Shown: positions 8,914 through 18,046 of the stretch, in pieces
Numbering within the stretch: position 1 is the stretch's first letter
How the letters are laid out: every line of letters begins with the position of its first letter
DNA from: a bacterium
GTDB lineage: Bacteria > Patescibacteriota > Minisyncoccia > Phycocordibacterales > UBA12445
NCBI GenBank assembly: GCA_030648005.1
Contig: JAUSIP010000016.1
Coordinates: 1,110-65,109, forward strand
Reading direction: 5' to 3'
DNA: 64,000 nucleotides
Program-made: the position numbers and the translations under genes
The notes under the pieces: model-generated
What the model was told of the DNA's origin: nothing
The model's database searches: none
Seen by the model: only the letters and a program-made list of their open reading frames with translations

Positions 8914-9738
8914 ATGGAGGAGCTTAATAAAACCCAGATCGTCTTACTAACATTGTTCATAACATTTGTTACGTCTGTAACAACAGGTATTGTCACTGTG
9001 ACCCTTCTTCAGCAGGCTCCGCAAGGTGTTACTCAGACTATTAATAGGGTCGTTGAGCATACCATTGAGAAGATTACTCCTGTCACAACCAGAACGGAGA
9101 CAAGAGTTGTTGGACAGGAAGATGAGATCATAAAAACCGCATCATTAATTAAGCCTGCTATTGTGAGAATTACCTCTTCAGTTTCGACTGCTGTGGCATC
9201 TACTTCTGACGAGCAGCTTGCGGGGATTTTAGTAGCAACAAATTTAAGCGACAACGAGGTGGGTACCGGCTTCCTGGTCTCAAGCGATGGATTAGTCGCT
9301 ACGGCCTATTCAGTGATCCCTGACCACAATATAAGCTATGGAGTTTTTGTTGGAGACAAGAAGTATCAGGCCAATGTTATCATACACAATAAGAATGAAG
9401 GATTAGCTATACTTAAGATTGAACATGATAAAGCTACTAAGTTTGTCGCTCCGCAGTTTGCATCTAAACCTGTAACGTTGGGTCAGACCATCATAGTATT
9501 AGGTCGCGATCTTGATAGGTACACTGTGTCTGTCGGCCTGGTTGCTTCACTCAAGGAGGCAACTTTGTCGTCTTTGCCTATATTTAAAACCACTGTGAGG
9601 TCTGACAATACCAACATCGGCGGACCGCTACTTTCAAGTACAGGACAGGTTGTGGGTCTTAATCTTGAGAATGGTAATGCTTTGCCTATTGAATTAATCA
9701 AATCTGGTATGGCATCTACAACAAGGGCGACGAATTAA
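8914..9738 (+). CDS. Membrane-anchored trypsin-fold (HtrA/S1-like) protein with a degenerate catalytic triad (pseudoprotease)
   Basis: N-terminal TM helix. Aligns by eye to Do/HtrA protease blocks: TNNHVV is replaced by ATAYSVI, DIALI by GLAIL, GNSGGAL by TNIGGPL. The H/D/S positions are all substituted. Confidence 0.55.
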   Translation: MEELNKTQIVLLTLFITFVTSVTTGIVTVTLLQQAPQGVTQTINRVVEHTIEKITPVTTRTETRVVGQEDEIIKTASLIKPAIVRITSSVSTAVASTSDEQLAGILVATNLSDNEVGTGFLVSSDGLVATAYSVIPDHNISYGVFVGDKKYQANVIIHNKNEGLAILKIEHDKATKFVAPQFASKPVTLGQTIIVLGRDLDRYTVSVGLVASLKEATLSSLPIFKTTVRSDNTNIGGPLLSSTGQVVGLNLENGNALPIELIKSGMASTTRATN

Positions 9739-9740
9739 GT

Positions 9741-9768
9741 TTGACAAAATATCTAATTATCTTACAAT
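9741..9768 (+). promoter_or_regulatory. Sigma70-type promoter upstream of clpB
   Basis: TTGACA (9741-9746), 16-nt spacer, TACAAT (9763-9768). Confidence 0.5.
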
Positions 9769-9780
9769 CTTCATATTGCT

Positions 9781-12450
9781 ATGTTGCCATTCAATAACTT
9801 CACAACCAAAGCCAAAGAGGCCGTAAGGAAGGCTCATGAACTGGTTATAGAAAGAGGACAGAACCAGGTTGCGCCTATACATCTTCTTATTGCCTTGCTT
9901 ATCCAGGAAGATAGCCTCGTTCTGTCTATCCTTGATCGTTTGGAAGTAGATACTATTCTTCTGACTGATCACCTGATAGAGACTGTTGAGGGTGAAGCCG
10001 GTGGCAGTGTCTCAGCTCCAGCCTATCAGATATATCTGACGGCTGAGCTTGTTAAGGTGTTAGATATGGCGGCTAAGGCGGCGGCTTACTTGAAGGATGA
10101 ATTCATCTCTACTGAACATTTACTTGTGGCACTTCTTGATGTTCAGAGCCAGGCGCGCGATATACTCAATAAATTTAAAATTTCTAAAGATGAACTGCTT
10201 AAGATTTTGCAGGAGATCAAGAATGGCAAGATCACAGATGTAGTGCCAAAGAAGAAGGCGCATGCTCTGGAGCGGTACACTAGAAATCTTACAAGGCTTG
10301 CTCGTGAGGACAAGCTCGATCCTGTTATTGGACGAGATGAAGAGATCAGACGCGTGATGCAGATACTCTCAAGAAGGACCAAAAATAATCCTGTACTTAT
10401 AGGTGAGCCGGGTACTGGCAAGACCGCCGTGGCAGAAGGTTTGGCTAATAGAATTGCCAAAGGTGACGTACCGGATATTTTAAAGAATAAGGAGATAGTG
10501 TCTCTCGACATGGGGTCGCTGGTAGCTGGTACAAAGTACCGCGGAGAATTCGAAGAGAGGCTTAAGGGAATTTTAAAAGATGTAGAGAAGGCGAATGGCA
10601 ATATAATTCTATTCATAGATGAAATACACACCATCGTTGGAGCCGGTGCGGCTGAGGGCTCTATAGATGCGTCTAATATGTTGAAGCCTGCCCTTGCGCG
10701 CGGAGAGCTTCGTGCTATCGGAGCTACAACACTCAAGGAGTATCAGAAATATATTGAGAGAGACATGGCACTAGCCAGAAGATTCCAGCCGGTCTATGTA
10801 GGTGAGCCGAGTATTGAAGATGCAGTGGCGATACTTAGAGGTCTTCGGGATAGGTATGAGTTGCATCACGGTATTAAAATAAATGATGATGCGATCGTTG
10901 CGGCGGTCAACTTGAGCGCTAGATATATTGGAGACAGATTTTTGCCCGACAAAGCTATTGATCTTATAGATGAAGCTTCGGCTTCACTCCGGCTTTCGCT
11001 GGAAGACAAGCCAATGCTTCTTTTAGAGACCGACAAGAAGATTATGAGGCTTGAAGTTGAGAAGGAGGCGCTGAAGAAGGATGAGAGTGTAGATCAGAAG
11101 GCTGTTAAGACGCGCATAAAACAGATAGACAAAGAGGTCGGCGATCTACGAGAGACAACTTCCGAACTGGATAATCGCTGGAAAAATGAGAAGAAAAATA
11201 TTGTTGATACAAGGGCGATCAAGAAAGAACTTGAAGCTCTTCGGCTTGAGGCCGAAGCAGCGGAGATGCGCGCTGATTTAGGATTGGTGGCGGAGATCAG
11301 ATACGGCCGTATTCCACAGAAAGAGAGGGAGCTTAAGGAAACAGAGACAAAATTAAAGAAGCTTCAGAATAATAAGAGGATTTTGAAAGAAGAGGTAAAC
11401 GCAGAAGATATCGCCGGTGTAGTGTCTAAGTGGACAGGTATCCCAGTATTCCGAATGCTTGAGGAGGAAGTAGAGAAGTTGAAGAGAATGGAGGAAGAGC
11501 TTGCTAAGAGGGTTATCGGTCAGGCGGATGCAGTCAAGAAGGTTTCTGGTGCCATCAGACGCTCTCGTGCTGGTATTTCTGATCCAGACAGGCCAATAGG
11601 TTCATTCATGTTCTTGGGGCCCTCAGGTGTTGGCAAGACAGAACTTGCCAAGTCGCTGTCAGAGTTTATGTTTAACGATGAGAAGGCGATCATCCGCATA
11701 GATATGTCGGAATTCATGGAGAAGCACTCCGTGTCAAAGTTGATCGGCTCTCCGCCAGGCTATGTCGGTTATGAAGAGAGCGGTAAGCTGACAGAGATGG
11801 TTCGACATAGGCCGTACTCTATAATCCTCTTCGATGAGATCGAGAAGGCACATCCAGAGGTGTTTAACATACTCCTTCAGGTTCTTGATAATGGAAGGCT
11901 GACGGATTCTAAGGGACGAATCGTTAACTTCAAGAATACTGTTATAATTCTGACATCCAATATTGGATCCGAATATATCAGCAAGATGTCATCTATTGGC
12001 TTTGGTAACAATGCCATTAGCGACGGTTACGCTGAGACTAAAGATAAGATCCGAGATACTTTGAAAGACCACTTTAGGCCGGAGTTCTTGAATCGTCTGG
12101 ATGAGATCATAATCTTCGATACATTGAAGGACGAGACATTAAAGATGATTGTTGGTAACCAACTAAATATTGTAAGGAAGAGGCTGACAGACAAGGGGAT
12201 AGGTTTGGAGGTGAGTGATGAAGTTCTGATAAGCTTGGCGAAGGAGGGTTACAATCCAAATTACGGAGCGAGACCACTGAAGCGTTTGATTCAAACTAAA
12301 ATATTGAATCCAATATCAGAATTCTTGATCTCAAGCTCTGTAATATCCGGCTCTAGGATCTCCGTATATATGAAGAACGGCATTGTTGAAGTCGGTATTG
12401 TTTCCGGTGTGGCGAAAGCTAGACAGGCTAGGGTATCTAAGTTATCCTAG
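9781..12450 (+). CDS. clpB: ATP-dependent chaperone ClpB
   Basis: Clp N domain, two AAA+ modules ([15 protein letters not shown]; [14 protein letters not shown]), long middle coiled-coil typical of ClpB; 889 aa. Confidence 0.92.
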   Translation: MLPFNNFTTKAKEAVRKAHELVIERGQNQVAPIHLLIALLIQEDSLVLSILDRLEVDTILLTDHLIETVEGEAGGSVSAPAYQIYLTAELVKVLDMAAKAAAYLKDEFISTEHLLVALLDVQSQARDILNKFKISKDELLKILQEIKNGKITDVVPKKKAHALERYTRNLTRLAREDKLDPVIGRDEEIRRVMQILSRRTKNNPVLIGEPGTGKTAVAEGLANRIAKGDVPDILKNKEIVSLDMGSLVAGTKYRGEFEERLKGILKDVEKANGNIILFIDEIHTIVGAGAAEGSIDASNMLKPALARGELRAIGATTLKEYQKYIERDMALARRFQPVYVGEPSIEDAVAILRGLRDRYELHHGIKINDDAIVAAVNLSARYIGDRFLPDKAIDLIDEASASLRLSLEDKPMLLLETDKKIMRLEVEKEALKKDESVDQKAVKTRIKQIDKEVGDLRETTSELDNRWKNEKKNIVDTRAIKKELEALRLEAEAAEMRADLGLVAEIRYGRIPQKERELKETETKLKKLQNNKRILKEEVNAEDIAGVVSKWTGIPVFRMLEEEVEKLKRMEEELAKRVIGQADAVKKVSGAIRRSRAGISDPDRPIGSFMFLGPSGVGKTELAKSLSEFMFNDEKAIIRIDMSEFMEKHSVSKLIGSPPGYVGYEESGKLTEMVRHRPYSIILFDEIEKAHPEVFNILLQVLDNGRLTDSKGRIVNFKNTVIILTSNIGSEYISKMSSIGFGNNAISDGYAETKDKIRDTLKDHFRPEFLNRLDEIIIFDTLKDETLKMIVGNQLNIVRKRLTDKGIGLEVSDEVLISLAKEGYNPNYGARPLKRLIQTKILNPISEFLISSSVISGSRISVYMKNGIVEVGIVSGVAKARQARVSKLS

Positions 12451-12479
12451 CTTAGAGTTTAGATTTGTTCGTTGATAAA

Positions 12480-12497
12480 TCCGCCGGCTGGCGGAGG
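12480..12497. repeat. GC palindrome tccgccGgctggcggagg (copy 1 of 2; the second copy is inside infA)
   Basis: 17 of 18 nt identical to 45400-45417; forms the hairpin ccgcc-ggct-ggcgg; its GGAGG part doubles as the SD for the GTG at 12508. Confidence 0.7.
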
Positions 12498-12507
12498 AGG
12501 TGCGTTT

Positions 12508-13380
12508 GTGAAAAAAGAAAAACCGAAGCCGTACTACGGGATCTCATGTCTCCATGACAGAAAGCAGATGCAGGATATCCTGACTTATGTTAAGGCCAAG
12601 AAGATTACCGGTAGGCGGATCATGGCCGGGACACATATGTCGTCTGCATCCTTCCGTGGGTTCGAAGTAGAGCATCCAAAAAGAACATTGAGGCTTGACG
12701 AAGTACGGAGCATCTACTCTTCGATTGAACGACCGAAGCAGCGGGGCCCAGATAGAGATTGGTTCGATGCGAATGTTTTCCGGGTCGTCCAATTCAACAG
12801 TGAAGGTCCGGCTGTGATAGACGCTGAGCTACTTCTTGTTAATCAGATGATACATATTCCAGATGGCGGACGGGAAGTCAACGTTATCGATCAGTTTGTT
12901 GAAGGTTTCCAGATCAACCACGCTCTGCCTAATCCGGATAAACTACGGTGGTTTAGAGACAAACAGATGTGGAGAAATATGCAGATCATCCTTCAGCTTG
13001 GTGAGTTGGCGATGGAAGAAACCGGTAATGATCCGGAGGGTCTGGCTGTGCTAGTGGAGAGCTATGGGGATGCCATCGACTATGTTCTTTGGGATGGGTC
13101 GGAAGATCATCAAGCAGTCTTCGATGCTGAATTTGCCAGGCCGTATCTTCGCGCGATTCGCGAGCATTGCCCAGATCTGGGCATTGCCGTATCAGGCAAT
13201 CTAGGACCAAACAGTATGCGTCTTGTAGATCCTCTTCGTGCAGAATTTCCAGATCTTTCCGTCGATGCAGAGAGTGAACTCCGGGATGAGAACGACTCAT
13301 TACTTATGGCTAAGGCCTTGAGCTATCTTGATGAATGCGCCAAGAGGTGGGAAAAGAAAATAAATATAGAGGATTGTTAA
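12508..13380 (+). CDS. Divergent TrpF-like (phosphoribosylanthranilate isomerase family) TIM-barrel protein, orphan
   Basis: C-terminal GIAVSGNLGPNSM...DLSVDAESELRDEN...LMAKALSYL parallels the TrpF block ILAGGLNPENV...GVDVSSGVE..G.KD..KI..F. GTG start at 12508 with GGAGGAGG 7 nt upstream is preferred over the TTG at 12472. GC about 52%. Confidence 0.35.
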   Translation: MKKEKPKPYYGISCLHDRKQMQDILTYVKAKKITGRRIMAGTHMSSASFRGFEVEHPKRTLRLDEVRSIYSSIERPKQRGPDRDWFDANVFRVVQFNSEGPAVIDAELLLVNQMIHIPDGGREVNVIDQFVEGFQINHALPNPDKLRWFRDKQMWRNMQIILQLGELAMEETGNDPEGLAVLVESYGDAIDYVLWDGSEDHQAVFDAEFARPYLRAIREHCPDLGIAVSGNLGPNSMRLVDPLRAEFPDLSVDAESELRDENDSLLMAKALSYLDECAKRWEKKINIEDC

Positions 13381-13387
13381 GTTGTGT

Positions 13388-13415
13388 CACCCCCTCCGTT
13401 CGCGGGGGTTTTTAA
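13388..13415 (+). terminator. Terminator-like hairpin
   Basis: ccccc-tccgttcgc-ggggg followed by ttttt. Confidence 0.5.
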
Positions 13416-13450
13416 TTTGACTTTCCGGAGTTTTAAGGCTTAATGTAGGT

Positions 13451-14674
13451 ATGGAGAGGCTTAAACAAAAATTACCCGATTCGCCCGGAGTTTATTTCTT
13501 TAAGAAAGGAAAGGGTATTTTGTATATCGGCCGGGCTACGTCACTTCAAAGCCGTGTTAGAAGTTACTTTAATAAAGAGACGATAAATTCCCGTGGGGCT
13601 TTTATTGCGGGAATGGTTGCAGAAGCTACTTCGCTAGTTTGCAGACAGACTGATTCTGTTCTAGAGGCGATAATTCTGGAGGCGGAACTCATTAAAAAAT
13701 ACCAACCAAGATTTAATTCTAAAGAGAAAGATAATAAGAGTTTTTATTATATTGTCGTCACGGCTGAAAATTTTCCTAGAGTACTCATGGTTCGGGGTAG
13801 GAATTTAGAGATGAAAGATAATGATTTCAAAATTAAGAAACTTTTTGGCCCTTTCCCATCCGGCACAGAATTGAAGGAGGCACTCCGAGTCATCAGGAAA
13901 CTTTTCCCATTCAGAGATAAATGTTTGCCAAATTCAGGGAGATCTTGTTTTAACCGCCAAATAGATCTATGCCCGGGTGTTTGTATTGGAGAGGTATCTC
14001 GTGTTGAGTATAAAAAGCAGACTAAAAAAATAGAACTATTTTTGTCGGGCAAGAAGAAGACTGTGATCAGCTTACTTAAGAAGGAGATGAATATTTTTGC
14101 GAATAAAAGAGAATTTGAAAGAGCCGAAATTACAAAAAGAAAGATCTTTGCACTCGAACATATACAGGATGTAAGCTTGATAAAGAGAGAGTCGGCAATA
14201 TTACCGGATTTTGGCGAAAAAAATAAAATATTCAGAATAGAAGCATATGATATCGCACATCAGAGCGGGACGAATAATGTCGGGGTGATGGTTGTCTTAG
14301 AGAACAATGAACCCAATAAGGAAGAGTATAGGAAGTTTAAAATAAGAGGGGATTATCCATCTGATGATTTGCGATCATTGCGCGAGGTGTTGGAGAGACG
14401 GCTGAATCATCCCGAGTGGCGCTTTCCTGACTTGATAGTCGTCGACGGAGGCAAACTTCAGGTGGCTGTGGCGGAAGATATAATGAAGCGCGATGGTCTG
14501 CTTATTCCAATTGTTGGTGTAGTCAAAGATGAACATCATAGGCCTAAGAATATTTTGGGAGATGTTGAGATAATTAAAAAATATGAAAGAAAAATACTGC
14601 TGGCCAATAATGAGGCGCATAGCTACGCTATCAATTATTTTAGGAAACTAAGTATTAAGAGTATGAAGGGATAG
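13451..14674 (+). CDS. uvrC: Excinuclease ABC subunit C, short form lacking the C-terminal HhH domain
   Basis: GIY-YIG N-terminus (PGVYFFKKGKGILYIGRATSLQSRVRSYF), Cys-rich and UVR segments, RNase-H-like endonuclease domain (FRIEAYDIAHQSGTNNVGVMVV...DDLRSLREVLERR); 407 aa. Confidence 0.85.
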   Translation: MERLKQKLPDSPGVYFFKKGKGILYIGRATSLQSRVRSYFNKETINSRGAFIAGMVAEATSLVCRQTDSVLEAIILEAELIKKYQPRFNSKEKDNKSFYYIVVTAENFPRVLMVRGRNLEMKDNDFKIKKLFGPFPSGTELKEALRVIRKLFPFRDKCLPNSGRSCFNRQIDLCPGVCIGEVSRVEYKKQTKKIELFLSGKKKTVISLLKKEMNIFANKREFERAEITKRKIFALEHIQDVSLIKRESAILPDFGEKNKIFRIEAYDIAHQSGTNNVGVMVVLENNEPNKEEYRKFKIRGDYPSDDLRSLREVLERRLNHPEWRFPDLIVVDGGKLQVAVAEDIMKRDGLLIPIVGVVKDEHHRPKNILGDVEIIKKYERKILLANNEAHSYAINYFRKLSIKSMKG

Positions 14675-14817
14675 ACTTGAAACTTACAGTTTCAGTACCC
14701 GCGATTGGGTTTTTTAATTCGCTCCGCTCTTAAAAAAGCCTCAATCGGGCTTCAAGTCTCTCACAGAAGACACTTAGGTGTCTTCTTCCGCGTCAAAATT
14801 TCACTTCGTTCAATTTG

Positions 14818-14900
14818 TGCCGCGGGAGAGACTTGAACTCTCACGAGGTTGCCCCCGATAGATTTTGAGTCTATTGCGTCTACCATTCCGCCACCGCGGC
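14818..14900 (-). tRNA. tRNA-Leu (anticodon CAA), type II
   Basis: Minus-strand sense gccgcgg...ataga-ctcaaaa-tctat...gagag-ttcaagt-ctctc-ccgcggc-a. Confidence 0.8.
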
Positions 14901-14946
14901 AGCACCAGATAAAATTATCAAACATTTGACAAAAACGCAAATAAGT

Positions 14947-14975
14947 TTGACAGACTTATCTGAGTCTGCTACAAT
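14947..14975 (+). promoter_or_regulatory. Consensus sigma70 promoter (TTGACA-17-TACAAT)
   Basis: TTGACA 14947-14952, 17-nt spacer, TACAAT 14970-14975; a second TTGACA lies about 20 nt upstream. Confidence 0.6.
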
Positions 14976-15016
14976 ATGTAAGTAATATTGAACCTTGACT
15001 AAGGAGGGATTTAAAC

Positions 15017-15100
15017 ATGAAGCAAACGAACGTTGCAGCCCTCATTCTTATCCTGATCACCATTGTGGTTATTGCACTTTCTACCATCGTTCGTCGTTAG
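15017..15100 (+). CDS. 27-aa hydrophobic single-TM peptide (MKQTNVAALILILITIVVIALSTIVRR)
   Basis: ATG 8 nt after AAGGAGGG; stop TAG overlaps the SD of the next ORF. Confidence 0.5.
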   Translation: MKQTNVAALILILITIVVIALSTIVRR

Positions 15101-15108
15101 GAGGATAT

Positions 15109-15294
15109 ATGCTTACAGTCTACTGTACTCTAAAATGTCGATTCCTGGACATCAACCACATGCACTGTGTTAAGTGCGGTGAGGTGTGCAGTACGATGTG
15201 CCATCCGGAGTCATGTCCTGCGCCGGTTAAATTGCACTCTGAACCGGAAACGACCAAGGACATAACGAGACTAGCTTTTCTCGAAGGGCTTTAA
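15109..15294 (+). CDS. 61-aa Cys/His-rich small protein (7 Cys, 4 His in the first 40 aa)
   Basis: ATG after TAGGAGGA; MLTVYCTLKCRFLDINHMHCVKCGEVCSTMCHPESCPAP...; the frame is also open upstream to TTG 14995 (alternative 99-aa reading, also Cys/His-rich). Confidence 0.45.
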   Translation: MLTVYCTLKCRFLDINHMHCVKCGEVCSTMCHPESCPAPVKLHSEPETTKDITRLAFLEGL

Positions 15295-15307
15295 TAAGAC
15301 AAGGTGT

Positions 15308-15341
15308 CTGACCCGCGGTATAACTGCGGGTCTTTTTTTTT
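15308..15341 (+). terminator. Rho-independent terminator
   Basis: gacccgcgg-tataa-ctgcgggtc followed by a T9 run. Confidence 0.8.
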
Positions 15342-15365
15342 GTATCCAAAAAAGTTTGTGCTAAA

Positions 15366-16379
15366 ATGCAGGGTATGAATCCTGAAGAGAACAGAGAAAG
15401 TAAGAATGGCCTGAGCCATTCGATATTTTGGATCGAGCTGGAGAAGATCAAACCGAATCCTTACCAGCCGAGGCACGAATTCGATCAGGCACAGTTGAAT
15501 GACTTGGCGGAGTCTATTCGTCAGTACGGGGTTCTTCAGCCCCTTGTTGCCACTAGGAAGGAGTTCAAGACAGAAGATGGCGGACTCGGTGTTGAATATG
15601 AGCTAATCGCTGGAGAGAGGCGTCTCCGTGCTTCGAAGATAGCAGGTATATCACAGGTGCCGGTGGTTATCAGGACAGGTGAGCAATCTGATCTTGTTAA
15701 ACTTGAGCTGGCGATAATTGAGAACATTCAAAGAGAGGATTTAAATTCAGTAGATCGAGCGCGCGCCTTCAAACAACTTGTAGATAAATTTAATTTCAAA
15801 CACGCAGAGATAGCCGTTAAGGTTGGTAAGAGCCGAGAATATGTCTCCAACACCATGAGGATTTTAGATTTGCCGGAGGAGATACTTGAGGCGGTGTCGG
15901 CCAAGAAGATTACCGAAGGACACACAAGGCCACTCTTGATGCTTATTGATCGCAAGGAAGAGCAGATGACGCTCTTCAAGGAGATCATGTACAAAAAGCT
16001 TTCAGTTAGGGAGGCAGAAAGCATCGCCAGGAAGATTGCGGTGGAGAAGGTTAGGAAGAAGGATTATGGCGTTGATCCGGAGATCATAGACTTGGAGTCG
16101 AAGCTGACGGAGAAGCTTGGTACTAGAGTTGCGATAGAGAAGAGGGAATTCGGCGGGCGAGTGACTATCGACTTCTTCTCCAAAGAGGACGTTCACAACC
16201 TCCTTAGTCTTATAACTTCAGGCAAGATTGCTGCTCCGGCGGATCTGGCGAAGTTTGCAAATGGAATAGCCTCCAATGCTCCGACCTCAGAGAACGGCGC
16301 GCCGATAGACGATGTGCCAAAAGCGGAGAAAGATATGGACGATCCTGATCTGTATTCTCTAAAAAATTTTAGCGTTTAA
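15366..16379 (+). CDS. parB: ParB/Spo0J-like partition protein with extended acidic C-terminal tail; no adjacent parA
   Basis: IELEKIKPNPYQPR...YELIAGERRLRASKIAG...VPVVIR ParB box; HTH region. Confidence 0.8.
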   Translation: MQGMNPEENRESKNGLSHSIFWIELEKIKPNPYQPRHEFDQAQLNDLAESIRQYGVLQPLVATRKEFKTEDGGLGVEYELIAGERRLRASKIAGISQVPVVIRTGEQSDLVKLELAIIENIQREDLNSVDRARAFKQLVDKFNFKHAEIAVKVGKSREYVSNTMRILDLPEEILEAVSAKKITEGHTRPLLMLIDRKEEQMTLFKEIMYKKLSVREAESIARKIAVEKVRKKDYGVDPEIIDLESKLTEKLGTRVAIEKREFGGRVTIDFFSKEDVHNLLSLITSGKIAAPADLAKFANGIASNAPTSENGAPIDDVPKAEKDMDDPDLYSLKNFSV

Positions 16380-16410
16380 AACCTCATTACTATCAACATA
16401 TTAAGGGAAA

Positions 16411-16523
16411 CAATTTTTAATTTTTAATTTTGCAATTTTCAATGAATGTCGCAATGAATAAATGTTTAAAATATTGGAGCATTAAAAATTCATTGAAAAT
16501 TGTAAAATTAAAAATTTAAAATT
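16411..16523. repeat. AT-rich imperfect inverted repeat (about 35-nt arms, about 37-nt spacer) between the convergent parB and rel genes
   Basis: Left arm ...aattttgcaattttcaatgaatg; right arm cattgaaaattgtaaaattaaaaatttaaaa (about 21/22 matches in the core). Confidence 0.5.
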
Positions 16524-16537
16524 CTCTTCTGATTACG

Positions 16538-18046
16538 CTATCCTCGTTGGCTCTTTTTCTTTGACTCTTCTTGTTCGCCCAGAGCTGCTTTTATTTTTCT
16601 TCTTGCGAAACTCGTTTTGGCATATTCAAGCCACTTGTAAGTTGGCTTACTGTTCTCTCTGGATTGGATTTCTACGATATCTCTATTTTTAAGTACCGTA
16701 TCTAGTGACATAAACTTGCTGTTTATTTTTGCACCGGCCACATGATCGCCAAGATCTGAATGTATTGCATATGCGAAGTCGATAGCCGTTGAAGCTTGAG
16801 GTAGCTCTATGACGTCTCCCTTGGGAGTGAAGACGAAGATCTGATCCTGGAAGAAGTCCAGCTGGATGTTCTCCAAGAACTCCTTCGAGCCCTTCACTGT
16901 CTTCTGCCACTCGATCAGCTGATTTAGCCATCGTAGCTTCTTGCCCATTAATCCTCCTGAATCCGGCTTGCCTGATTCATCGTATGCCAAGTGTGAGGCG
17001 ATACCGTACTCGGCTTCGTTGTGCATCTTCTCTGTTCTGATCTGTACCTCCACCACTCCGCCGTCGCCGGTAAAAATAACAGTATGGATACTCTGGTAAC
17101 CGTTTATTTTGGGTACAGCAATGTAGTCTCTGAGTCTGTCAGGTAGAGGCCGCCAGGTATTGTGTATGATCCCGAGTACACGATAGCAATCTTCCACAGT
17201 TGGCACTATTATTCGCAGGGCCGCGATGTCATATATTTTAGTGAGGTCCATATTGTTCCTCTGGAGTTTCTTATACAAACTGTAATCGTGCTTGATACGA
17301 AAGTCGGTCGTCACTTTGGTCAGGTTCTCCTTTGCGAATCTTTTTCTAAGCTGCTTCTGTATATTTTCTAATTGCTCCAGAGCCTCCTGGTTTTTAATCT
17401 GTCTGATTTTTTTCGTCTCTTCATACTCTTTGGGATATGCATAAGGAAAGGCAGCATCTTCAAGTGCCCCCTTAATCTGTCCCATCCCTAGGCGATTGGC
17501 AATCGGAGCGTAGATTTCGATCGTCTCTGCGGCGATGCGTTTCTTTTTCTCCGGTTTGATGTGCTCGAGGGTCATTACGTTGTGAAGTCGATCCGCAAGC
17601 TTAATCAGTATCACTCGTACATCTTTGGCGGTGGCGATGAAGAGCTTTCGTAAGCTCTCAGCATGACGTTCTATTCCCTGGTACTTTATCTTAGCGAGTT
17701 TTGTCACACCTTGTACTAGAAAAAGTATGTCGGCGCCAAATTCTTTCTGTAGAATTTCCGGAGTTACTAATGTGTCCTCAATCGTGTCATGTAGAAGCCC
17801 GGCTGCTATTGTCTGGGCATCAGCCTGCATCATCTTGGCGAGATTCTTGGCTGTGCCGGTTAGATGTACAAAATACGGTTCGCCTGACAGCCGCATCTGC
17901 CCTTCGTGAGCCTTTTTTGCAAATTCGTACGCTGTAGATACAAGTTTAACATCCTCCGGCGCACCGGAGATCATGAGACTCAAAATTTCTTTAAGTGTAA
18001 CATTGGTTTCTCCATCCGGATTTTTATTTTTTAGTTCCTTTTCCAT
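16538..18046 (-). CDS. rel: Bifunctional (p)ppGpp synthetase/hydrolase Rel (HD + synthetase + TGS; lacks the C-terminal ACT/RRM region)
   Basis: HD motif LLHDTIEDT, synthetase block RIIVPTVEDCYRVLGIIHNTW, TGS block IFVFTPKGDVIELP. Start placed at the internal Met (MEKELK); the ORF is open to 18112 and would then overlap topA by 89 nt. Confidence 0.8.
   Translation of the reverse strand: MEKELKNKNPDGETNVTLKEILSLMISGAPEDVKLVSTAYEFAKKAHEGQMRLSGEPYFVHLTGTAKNLAKMMQADAQTIAAGLLHDTIEDTLVTPEILQKEFGADILFLVQGVTKLAKIKYQGIERHAESLRKLFIATAKDVRVILIKLADRLHNVMTLEHIKPEKKKRIAAETIEIYAPIANRLGMGQIKGALEDAAFPYAYPKEYEETKKIRQIKNQEALEQLENIQKQLRKRFAKENLTKVTTDFRIKHDYSLYKKLQRNNMDLTKIYDIAALRIIVPTVEDCYRVLGIIHNTWRPLPDRLRDYIAVPKINGYQSIHTVIFTGDGGVVEVQIRTEKMHNEAEYGIASHLAYDESGKPDSGGLMGKKLRWLNQLIEWQKTVKGSKEFLENIQLDFFQDQIFVFTPKGDVIELPQASTAIDFAYAIHSDLGDHVAGAKINSKFMSLDTVLKNRDIVEIQSRENSKPTYKWLEYAKTSFARRKIKAALGEQEESKKKSQRG

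Noticed and set aside
12472-12507. TTG 12472 as the start of the TrpF-like gene (MINPPAGGGG...)
   Set aside because: There is no SD. The downstream GTG at 12508 has a perfectly spaced GGAGGAGG. The N-terminal extension would translate the palindromic repeat element.
16411-16523. Interpretation of the AT-rich palindrome as a parS site
   Set aside because: No similarity to the conserved parS TGTTNCACGTGAAACA. Kept only as an unexplained inverted repeat.
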